A stretch of 64,000 nt of DNA from Capsulimonadaceae bacterium (GTDB taxonomy: Bacteria; Armatimonadota; Armatimonadia; Armatimonadales; Capsulimonadaceae), in the NCBI GenBank assembly GCA_965215505.1, contig OZ244065.1:4128001-4192000 (forward strand), in the 5' to 3' direction. The notes beneath the pieces are model-generated. The model searched no databases and was not told where the DNA came from. It saw nothing but the letters and a program-made list of their open reading frames with translations. Positions 18,177 to 25,827 of this stretch are shown here, piece after piece. Both the position numbers and the translations under genes were made by a program. Numbering within the stretch: the first letter of the stretch is position 1; every line of letters starts with the position of its first letter.

Positions 18177-18932
18177 TCACTTCCCCATGCCGCGCAGTGC
18201 TTCCAGGCAGCGGGCGGCGCATTCCAGAGGCGGGTGGGCGTAGGTCTCCTGCTCCACGATGTACCACCGCGTCCCGCCCACGCTCTCGCACAGGCGGAAT
18301 ATCTCGCCCCACGGCACGTCGCCCGCGCCGACCAGCGCGTCCGGGTCGGCCGCCGAGTATTCTTTCAGGTGGACCGTCAGCGCGCGCCCCGGATAGCGCG
18401 AAAGGAACGGCGCGGGGGCGGCCCCGCCGTGCATCATGTTCCCCGTGTCCACCTGCATGACCACCTCGCGCCGCGTGTGGCCGAAAAAGAGGTCCCAGGG
18501 CAGCGCGCCGCCGGGAAGGGCCTGGAACTCCTCGGAGTGGTTGTGGTAGCCGACGTGCATCCCCAGCGCCTCCGCCCGCTCCGAGGCCCCGTCGAACACC
18601 CGCGCCGTCTCCAGCCAGGCCTCCGAGGAGCCGGTCCGCGCGCGGGGCAGGCTGGGGACGATGAGGAACAGATTTCCTAAAGTCTTGTTAAAGTCCGCCG
18701 TCCGCTCCAGTTCATCCCCCAGCACTGTTTCTAAAGCGGTGTGCGTCCCGCAGCAGGCCAGCCCGTTGTCGTCCAGCATCAAGCGCAGCTCCTCGGCCGT
18801 GCGCCCGTAATAGCCCGCGAACTCGACCCCCCCGTAGCCCATGCCGGCGACGGCCTTGAGGACGCCGGGCAGGTCCCGCGCGCAGTCGTCGCGCACCGAA
18901 TAAAGCTGCAAGCCGATGGGGATGTTGGACAT
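18177..18932 (-). CDS. Sugar phosphate isomerase/epimerase (AP endonuclease 2 TIM barrel)
   Basis: GLQLYSVR, GYHNH, QVDTGN, VHLKE, IVEQE motifs. Confidence 0.9.
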   Translation of the reverse strand: MSNIPIGLQLYSVRDDCARDLPGVLKAVAGMGYGGVEFAGYYGRTAEELRLMLDDNGLACCGTHTALETVLGDELERTADFNKTLGNLFLIVPSLPRARTGSSEAWLETARVFDGASERAEALGMHVGYHNHSEEFQALPGGALPWDLFFGHTRREVVMQVDTGNMMHGGAAPAPFLSRYPGRALTVHLKEYSAADPDALVGAGDVPWGEIFRLCESVGGTRWYIVEQETYAHPPLECAARCLEALRGMGK

Positions 18933-18994
18933 GGGAACTCAACCTTTCACAAAGCGTCAAGCCACGTGAGGAACTCACCGCTGATTCGCTTGCG

Positions 18995-19216
18995 TCAGTG
19001 ATGCCGTGGCACTTCTGTCTCTTCTACTTGCTTTGGTTTTTCGGCACCCCAGCCGATCAGTTCCAACACCCACAGGAAGACGCTCGCAATGGCGGCGGCG
19101 GAATACAGAGCAAGTTCATAGGGTGCCTTGGCATGGAAGGCGTGTAGTGCCAAGTCGGAAAAAACAAGGCTGAAAAAGGGGTGCCGTAACTTGACAAGGA
19201 TTTTCTTGGTTTTCAT
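18995..19216 (-). CDS. Small two-TM hypothetical protein
   Basis: MKTKKILVKL... 73 aa with two hydrophobic segments, just after vapC. Confidence 0.5.
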   Translation of the reverse strand: MKTKKILVKLRHPFFSLVFSDLALHAFHAKAPYELALYSAAAIASVFLWVLELIGWGAEKPKQVEETEVPRHH

Positions 19217-19220
19217 CGGT

Positions 19221-19694
19221 TCACCGCCGCCCGCGCTGTGTCGCCATCGGCCCCGGCAGGACTTCCAGCGCAATGCCGTCCGCCAGACGGTAGATGTAGA
19301 AGTCTTCGTCAATGCTGAAGACGCGCGTGTACCCTTCCGCCTCGGCCAGCGCGACCAGGGACGCATCCGCGAGGTCCATCGGACGGTCCGCGTATTGCTC
19401 CATGAGTTCCAAAATGCGCGTCGTCTCTTGCCGAGTCGGTGTATGCAGCCTCAGCGTGTCGGTCGCGATGTATCGTGCAACGAGCCGTTGCATGTCCCAG
19501 CCGTCCTCCCGCCCCGTCAAGTACATGGCCTCGGCGAGACAGGGCCATGTCGTCACCATAGGCATGGCGAGAACTGCAAAAAGGGCAGTGCAGCGTGTGA
19601 ACTGCGCGGGCTGGCCCTGCGGGTCCACCAAAGCAAACAGGGGGCCGGTGTCCGTCAGGGTTCCGTCCGGTCCTTTTGTCGAAGCCCGGTCCAC
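19221..19694 (-). CDS. vapC: PIN-domain (VapC-family) ribonuclease toxin
   Basis: TDTGPLFAL, LAEAMYL, MDLADASLVALAE and SIDEDF acidic quartet. Confidence 0.9.
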   Translation of the reverse strand: MDRASTKGPDGTLTDTGPLFALVDPQGQPAQFTRCTALFAVLAMPMVTTWPCLAEAMYLTGREDGWDMQRLVARYIATDTLRLHTPTRQETTRILELMEQYADRPMDLADASLVALAEAEGYTRVFSIDEDFYIYRLADGIALEVLPGPMATQRGRR

Positions 19695-19978
19695 AGGTCG
19701 AAACCCTGTCGGCGGAACTTCTCCACGATGATCCCATCTATGGGAGAGTCACGGTAAGCCTGCCGCGCCGCTGAGTCCGCCGGGCCTGGAACCCGCGCTT
19801 GCGCTTCCGCGATGAGGACGGCGAGGACGGCTTTCCGGCGCTCCTGGTCGGCGACCCATTCCGCCGGCGTCATCTCTGGGCCGGCTCCGTTCTCTGACGA
19901 CTCGGCCTGCCGCTGCATCCGCGTCCGCGACTTCCGGCCCGCCGCGTACTTCTTCCGAGTCCGTGTCTCCTGCCTCAT
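19655..19978 (-). CDS. Putative antitoxin upstream of vapC
   Basis: 107-aa charged ORF; ATG overlaps the smpB stop and its 3' end overlaps the vapC start. Confidence 0.55.
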   Translation of the reverse strand: MRQETRTRKKYAAGRKSRTRMQRQAESSENGAGPEMTPAEWVADQERRKAVLAVLIAEAQARVPGPADSAARQAYRDSPIDGIIVEKFRRQGFDLWTGLRQKDRTEP

Positions 19979-20487
19979 GTGTCCTCTCCTGACTTGCCCG
20001 CGTCCCGCCCGAACACCTCGCGCCGCTGGTCGCGCTCGCGGTCGCGGTCGGCGATGCTCTCGCGCTTGTCCCACAGCTTCTTGCCGCGCCCCAGGCCGAT
20101 CTCCAATTTGGCGAAGCCGTTCTCGAAGAACATCTTCGTCGGGATCACCGACAGGCCGCGCTCGTTGACCCGAGTCGTGATCTTGGTGATCTGCCACTTG
20201 TGCAGCAGCAGCTTGCGCTGGCGGCGCGACTCGACGTTATAGCGGTTGCCCTGCTCGTAGGGCGCGATGTAGAGGTTGTAGACCCACACCTCCCCGTTCT
20301 GCACCCGGCAGAACGAGTCCTGCAAATTCGCCAGGCCCAGACGGACCGACTTGATCTCCGTCCCAGTCAGCGCGATCCCCGCCACATAAGTCTCCTCCAG
20401 GGCGTACTCGTGCCGCGCCTTGCGGTTGAGCATGGTTGGGTTACGCTTCTTTTCTTCTTTGTCTTTCTCTTTAGGTGTGGTCGCCAT
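19975..20487 (-). CDS. smpB: SsrA-binding protein SmpB
   Basis: NRKARHEY, GIALTGTEIKS, RKLLLHK, GRGKKLWDKRE. Confidence 0.98.
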   Translation of the reverse strand: MATTPKEKDKEEKKRNPTMLNRKARHEYALEETYVAGIALTGTEIKSVRLGLANLQDSFCRVQNGEVWVYNLYIAPYEQGNRYNVESRRQRKLLLHKWQITKITTRVNERGLSVIPTKMFFENGFAKLEIGLGRGKKLWDKRESIADRDRERDQRREVFGRDAGKSGEDT

Positions 20488-20614
20488 GATTAAAGATATT
20501 ATAGCAGAATTCCGACAACTGTTATCGTAAGTTATCGTCCCCCGGTGGGGCTAACATGGTATAATAGAGCGACTTGGGCCGCCTCGGGGCGTCTCGAAGG
20601 GGAGTCTGAGGATT
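20488..20614. promoter_or_regulatory. Divergent promoter region with two extended -10 boxes
   Basis: TGCTATAAT on the - strand (20499-20507) towards smpB; TGGTATAAT on the + strand (20557-20565); GTTATCGT direct repeat at 20521 and 20531. Confidence 0.6.
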
Positions 20615-21601
20615 TTGAGTATCTACGTCGTGACGGGCGGGGCCGGATTCATCGGGTCACATCTGGCGACCCGGCTCGGGCGGGCGGGCCATGAGGTGCG
20701 CGTACTGGACAGCCTGGCGGGCGCGGCCTCGCGCCGCCGCGCCCACGCCCTGGCCTCCGTCCCCCACGTCGAGATCGTGCAGGGCGACATCCGCGACCCG
20801 GATGCCTGTCGGCGGATTTCGGAGGGCGTGGACTATGTGCTCCACCACGCGGGTGAGGCTTCGGTGCAGGGTTCGCTGGACGATACGGCGGGCTGCGCCG
20901 CCGTCAACATCGGCGGCACGATTAACCTGCTGGAAGCCGCGCGGGCGGCCGGGACCGTCAAGCGGTTCGTCTTCGCCTCCTCCTGCGCCGTCTACGGCGA
21001 TGCGCCCGGCGCGGCGAAGCACGAGGCCTCGCTGACCGACCCGCTCTCGCCCTATGCCTCCTCGAAGCTGTCCGCCGAGTACTTCTGCCGCAACTTTTTC
21101 CGGCTGCACGGGCTGCAAACGATCTCGCTGCGCTACTTCAACGTCTACGGGCCGGGCCAGGACCCCGCCGGCGACTACGCCTCGGTGATACCAAAGTTCG
21201 TCCTCGCCCTGGTGCGGGGCGAGCCGCCGGTCCTGTACGGCGACGGCGAGCAGTCGCGGGACTTCATCCATGTGGACGACGTGGTCGAGGCCAACCTGCG
21301 GGCGGTGGCGGCGACGCGCGGGGTGGGGGGCCGGGCGGTCAACGTCGGCAGCGGCCAGAGCGCGTCGCTGAAACAGGTCCTGCAAACGCTGGGCCAGATC
21401 GTGGGGCACGGCATCGAGGCCGACCGCCTGCCGGCCCGGCCCGGCGACATCAGGCACTCCCGTGCGGACATCGCCGCCGCCGCCGGGCTTCTGCAATTCA
21501 CGCCCTCCGTGAGCCTGCGCGACGGATTGGCACGGACTTTGCAGTGGTATCAGACAGAGGGCGGCGTCACAGAAGAAAATCGCGCGCCGGGCCTCAGCTA
21601 A
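20615..21601 (+). CDS. NAD-dependent nucleotide-sugar epimerase/dehydratase (extended SDR)
   Basis: TGGAGFIG, YASSK (YxxxK), RYFNVYGP, RDFIHV. Confidence 0.93.
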   Translation: MSIYVVTGGAGFIGSHLATRLGRAGHEVRVLDSLAGAASRRRAHALASVPHVEIVQGDIRDPDACRRISEGVDYVLHHAGEASVQGSLDDTAGCAAVNIGGTINLLEAARAAGTVKRFVFASSCAVYGDAPGAAKHEASLTDPLSPYASSKLSAEYFCRNFFRLHGLQTISLRYFNVYGPGQDPAGDYASVIPKFVLALVRGEPPVLYGDGEQSRDFIHVDDVVEANLRAVAATRGVGGRAVNVGSGQSASLKQVLQTLGQIVGHGIEADRLPARPGDIRHSRADIAAAAGLLQFTPSVSLRDGLARTLQWYQTEGGVTEENRAPGLS

Positions 21602-21617
21602 AGGAGTAGTTTTCAGC

Positions 21618-23006
21618 ATGAACATTTGCGTCATCGGAACAGGGTATGTCGGGCTGGTCACGGGCGTCGTCTTCGCCGACATGGGCAACGACGTGGTCTG
21701 CGTGGACAAGATCGCGGCCAAAGTGGACGGCTTGAACCAGGGCGTCATGCCCATCTACGAGCCGGGCCTGGAGGAGATGGTGGGCCGCAACGTCGCCGAC
21801 GGCCGTCTGGAGTTCACGACGGACCTCGACGCCGCCGTGCAGAAAGCGGAGATCGTCTTCATCGCCGTCGGCACCCCCCCCAAGGCGGACGGCTCGACCG
21901 ACCTGTCCTATGTGGAGGACGCCGCCAAGGGCATCGCGCGCGCCCTGAATCGCTACAAGGTCATCGTCAACAAGAGTACCGTGCCCGTCGGGACGGGCGA
22001 CTTCGTCCGCGAGGTCATCGAAACCAACAAGCGCCGGGCGGTGGACTTTGATGTCGTCTCCAACCCCGAATTCCTGCGCGAAGGCTCGGCCATCACGGAC
22101 ACCCTGGTCCCCGACCGCATCGTCATCGGTGCCCCGTCCAAGATCGTCGCCATGCGCCTGCTGGAGCTGTACGCGCCGCTGGAGCGCCCCATGATCGTCG
22201 TGGACGTCGCGAGCGCCGAGATGATCAAGTACGCCTCCAACGCCTTCCTCGCCACCAAGATCTCGTTCGCCAACGCCATCGCCAACATCTGCGAGGAGAC
22301 CGGCGCGGACGTCACCCAGGTCGTCAAGGGCATGGGGCTGGACGCGCGCATCGGCCAGGCCTTCCTGAACGCGGGCCTTGGCTACGGCGGCTCGTGCTTC
22401 CCCAAGGACACCCGCTCCCTTCTGCACACCGCCCAGGCCTTCGGCTGCGAGTTCCCGCTGCTCGCCGCCACCATCGAGACCAACGAGCAGCAGCCGAAGC
22501 GCTTCATCGCCAAGATCCACGACGCCCTGGGAGGCGAGTCCCTGAAGGGCAAGACCGTCGGCATCCTGGGCCTGGCTTTCAAGGCCAACACCGACGATAT
22601 GCGCGAGGCGAAGTCGCTGGACGTCATCGCCGACCTGCTGGCCTCGGGCGCGACCGTCAAGGCCTACGACCCCATCGCCATGGAGAACACCAAGCCCGTC
22701 TTCCCGCACATCACCTACGGCGCGAACGCCTACGAGGTCGCCACGGGGGCCGACGCCCTGGTCATCGTGACCGAGTGGAACGAGTTCAAGAACCTGAACT
22801 TCGAGCGCCTGTCCACGCTGATGGCCCGCCCGCTGATCCTGGACGGGCGCAACCTGTATGACCCGGAGCGCCTGCGCCGGCTGGGTTTCGAGTACCACTC
22901 CATCGGCCGCGCCTCCATGAAGCCGGCGGTCAAGACGCACACCGACAAAGCGCCGACCGACCTCCCGGCCCGCAATTCCACTTCCAAGGAAACCGTAGCT
23001 GTTTGA
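21618..23006 (+). CDS. ugd: UDP-glucose/GDP-mannose 6-dehydrogenase
   Basis: IGTGYVG, KSTVPVGT, SNPEFLREG, GYGGSCFPKD. Confidence 0.95.
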   Translation: MNICVIGTGYVGLVTGVVFADMGNDVVCVDKIAAKVDGLNQGVMPIYEPGLEEMVGRNVADGRLEFTTDLDAAVQKAEIVFIAVGTPPKADGSTDLSYVEDAAKGIARALNRYKVIVNKSTVPVGTGDFVREVIETNKRRAVDFDVVSNPEFLREGSAITDTLVPDRIVIGAPSKIVAMRLLELYAPLERPMIVVDVASAEMIKYASNAFLATKISFANAIANICEETGADVTQVVKGMGLDARIGQAFLNAGLGYGGSCFPKDTRSLLHTAQAFGCEFPLLAATIETNEQQPKRFIAKIHDALGGESLKGKTVGILGLAFKANTDDMREAKSLDVIADLLASGATVKAYDPIAMENTKPVFPHITYGANAYEVATGADALVIVTEWNEFKNLNFERLSTLMARPLILDGRNLYDPERLRRLGFEYHSIGRASMKPAVKTHTDKAPTDLPARNSTSKETVAV

Positions 23007-23485
23007 TGATCGCTCCCGAGAAATCGCCCCCGCTGAAATCCCTCGCCCGGAGGCCCGGCGTCCGCCAGTTCGTCAAGTTCGGCATCGTCGGTGCCAGCAG
23101 CACGGCGGTCAATTTCGCCGTGCTGAACCTGTGTCTGATCTTGCTGCATCAGAACCGCTACCTGGCTGCGACCATCGCCTTTCTAGTCTCGGTCGTCAAC
23201 GGCTACTTTTGGAACAAACGCTGGACCTTCCGGGAGGCCCAGGCCAAAGCGGTTCACACACAGTTCATGCAGTTCCTACTGGTGAACCTGGTCGGTCTGG
23301 GCCTTGACCTGCTTTTCATCCGCCTGGTTTCCGTGCCGCTGGAACACCAGCTCCTTCTCGCCCGCCCCTTGATGCACCCGGAGAAAGCGATGCACCTCGC
23401 TACCAACGGTGCCCAACTCGTCGCCACCGCTGCCATCGTCTTCTGGAACTTCTTCGCAAACCGCCTGTGGACCTTCAAGCACTGA
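23003..23485 (+). CDS. GtrA-family membrane protein
   Basis: QFVKFGIVG, NKRWTF and NRLWTF motifs, 4 TM segments. Confidence 0.9.
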   Translation: MMIAPEKSPPLKSLARRPGVRQFVKFGIVGASSTAVNFAVLNLCLILLHQNRYLAATIAFLVSVVNGYFWNKRWTFREAQAKAVHTQFMQFLLVNLVGLGLDLLFIRLVSVPLEHQLLLARPLMHPEKAMHLATNGAQLVATAAIVFWNFFANRLWTFKH

Positions 23486-23493
23486 CAACCCTG

Positions 23494-23528
23494 CGCCCCG
23501 CCCTTTCGGGCGGGGCGTTTTGCTTTTC
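23494..23528 (+). terminator. Intrinsic terminator
   Basis: CGCCCCGCCC-TTTC-GGGCGGGGCG hairpin followed by TTTTGCTTTTC. Confidence 0.88.
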
Positions 23529-23635
23529 TCTGGGCCCCTCGCCAGGTTCCTTCCGGCCTCCCGCCGTGTCTGTCTTGTTGAAGGTGTCGTCCTCGGAATT
23601 GGCTGAGGCTGCCACCACCGGACAGGAGATTTCCC

Positions 23636-24025
23636 ATGACCACTGAGCAGACCCCGGACGAAATGAAAGCCTTCGTCCGCCGGCACTTCGAGGATTTCGT
23701 CAACAACCGGAACGCCGCCGTCATCCACCAGAACATGACGCCGGACTTCTTCGACCATGACGGCCCCGGCGGCAGGCCGACCGACGCGGACGGGGACGAG
23801 AAGATGATGGAGGCCATGTACGCCCTGATGCCCGGCCTCCGGGTCACGGTCGAGGACAGCATCGCCGAGGGAGACAAGGTGATGTGCCGCAACGTCTGGC
23901 GCTGGACGGATGCCCAGACCGGCAAGCCGATGGAGTTCCACGGCTTCGTCCTGTGGCGGCTGGAAGGCGGCAAGATCGCCGAGCGCTGGGCGACGGTCAC
24001 GCCCCCGGCGGAAGACGCGGGCTGA
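23636..24025 (+). CDS. SnoaL-like ester cyclase
   Basis: VEDSIAEGDKV and GKIAERW NTF2-like motifs; AGGAG RBS. Confidence 0.85.
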   Translation: MTTEQTPDEMKAFVRRHFEDFVNNRNAAVIHQNMTPDFFDHDGPGGRPTDADGDEKMMEAMYALMPGLRVTVEDSIAEGDKVMCRNVWRWTDAQTGKPMEFHGFVLWRLEGGKIAERWATVTPPAEDAG

Positions 24026-24278
24026 CTACTGGTGTAAGAAACGGGCACGGAGGGGGCCGGGGGCATCGTTGTCCTCGGCGCAACTCACAAGGCCACCACA
24101 AAGATATTTATCACCGCCTCGTAATTTGAGCAGGTTGTGTGGTATATTGTAGCGAGCGGTCAGTGCTAGCCGTTCCCTCCATTGTGGCCGCGTCCTACTG
24201 TACCTACGCAGCCATTTTCGGCCTTGCGCTTCCTTGGCGCCTTTCCCTGTTGTCCCGAGTCCGGAAAGAGGTCGCGTC

Positions 24279-25541
24279 ATGTTCCGCCGCATAATCTCAT
24301 CCCTGACGGTTCGTTTTTGCCTCATCCTATTTCTGCTGTTTGGCCTAAGCAGTCGGAACAGTTCTGCACAGCAGGCGGCCAGACCCACTGCTCGTCTAGC
24401 AAGTGCTTCGGTGAACGGTTCCGCTATGAAGGTTGAGGCTTTCACCTATGGCCTGACGAAAGCATCCAAGGTGGAAGCAAACCGACCGGGCCGCCGGGGC
24501 AGACGGCAGGCTGCTGGTATCCCACCCCGACTCGATCTTACCATCCCGCCCCGTCTCAATCAGCGGGTGCGGAGGCCAGGCCGACTTACCCCAAGCACCG
24601 GGACTCCCAACCCTTCCATTCCGATCGAAGCTCCCGACTTTCCGATAACTGGTAGATGGACGGGGACCGTTACCCAGGGAAGCACGGTAGTGAATTGCAC
24701 AATGGATACTGAGTCAGATCCAGGTGGTGATGGACCTTTCTCGAACGCATATCCGGTAAATGGCTCTTCAACCTACTCAACGCAGGACGGTAAAAAAATC
24801 AGCATGTGTGATTTCGTGGGGGCCTTCTGGAAGAATGAGCTTCGCTATCAAGAATCAGGCCAGATAGAGCCTCTCACCATGAACAGAGCTGGCTTGAAAC
24901 AAGGCGACCTTTGGCTTTCTTCCAATGGGACACATTTGGCAGGTCAGTGGATTGCTCGAAATGGCTCGTCTGGAACGATTCATCTTGAAAAAGTTAATTC
25001 TGCATCGAAAGTTGTAAACATCTTTATTGGTGGTTTCTTTGATGCTACATATAAACCAGTCAAATCGTATTTTGACAATCATAAATCTGATTTCTCAAAT
25101 CCTATATACTTCAGCTACGATGCGAGACGCGAGATTAGGCAGTATATCGCGGGCCTTCCGACTAATACGGTGATTAACCTTATTGGGCATAGTTACGGCG
25201 GTGATACCGCTGCGATAATGGCAGTTCGTTGTGGCAAACCAATCAACTTACTTATTACCATTGATCCTGTAAGCTGGGTCGGAATAAACTCAATATTTGG
25301 CCCAAGCTACTCTACCCTCACAGCCCATGCAGCTAAATGGATTGACGTTAATGCAACTGGTGGAGGCATCTTTAAGGGCGGCAATCTGCCTGCGGGGGTA
25401 GGAGGAGCTTGGAACACAGGGCCAAGTAAAAGTGCAACGATATACTATGAAGTTCCTAAGGTCCATGCGGACTTTGAAGGAATGATGGAAGCGGACGGAC
25501 CTACTGGTAGAAGTGCAGAGCAGATGTTGATTGGCCACTGA
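24279..25541 (+). CDS. Secreted multidomain protein with C-terminal alpha/beta-hydrolase (lipase-like) domain, low GC
   Basis: Signal peptide MFRRIISS..., nucleophile elbow LIGHSYGG, LITIDPV, C-terminal His (VHADF). Confidence 0.75.
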   Translation: MFRRIISSLTVRFCLILFLLFGLSSRNSSAQQAARPTARLASASVNGSAMKVEAFTYGLTKASKVEANRPGRRGRRQAAGIPPRLDLTIPPRLNQRVRRPGRLTPSTGTPNPSIPIEAPDFPITGRWTGTVTQGSTVVNCTMDTESDPGGDGPFSNAYPVNGSSTYSTQDGKKISMCDFVGAFWKNELRYQESGQIEPLTMNRAGLKQGDLWLSSNGTHLAGQWIARNGSSGTIHLEKVNSASKVVNIFIGGFFDATYKPVKSYFDNHKSDFSNPIYFSYDARREIRQYIAGLPTNTVINLIGHSYGGDTAAIMAVRCGKPINLLITIDPVSWVGINSIFGPSYSTLTAHAAKWIDVNATGGGIFKGGNLPAGVGGAWNTGPSKSATIYYEVPKVHADFEGMMEADGPTGRSAEQMLIGH

Positions 25542-25684
25542 TGACAAATTTCAGAGAGTAATAACCGCAAACAAATCATTCGGACGCGGGCTAATTGCTT
25601 TTCTTTGCATTTTTGGACTTGCGGATATGACCTGACTTCACTATCAGGCCCATAAGATTTGTGGACTGCGATCTGTAAACATTG

Positions 25685-25713
25685 TTGACATTCGCGATAC
25701 GTCTAAGTTTAAT
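25685..25713 (+). promoter_or_regulatory. Sigma70-type promoter
   Basis: TTGACA - 17 bp - TTTAAT. Confidence 0.7.
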
Positions 25714-25827
25714 GTGCGTGGGTAGCAACCATCAAGAGGATCAAAATCCTTTCATTGGATCACTGGTGTGACCGTGCAAACCACCGTTTGCAAAAGTTAG
25801 ACCTTCCATGTTATGATGTGCAATGCC

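Noticed and set aside
18933-20614. tmRNA (ssrA) or tRNA near smpB
   Set aside because: No tRNA-like ends or T-loop motif recognised; the space is filled by ORFs and a short promoter region
24109-24125. TATCACCGCC resembling a lambda operator half-site
   Set aside because: Single short match with no phage genes; expected by chance
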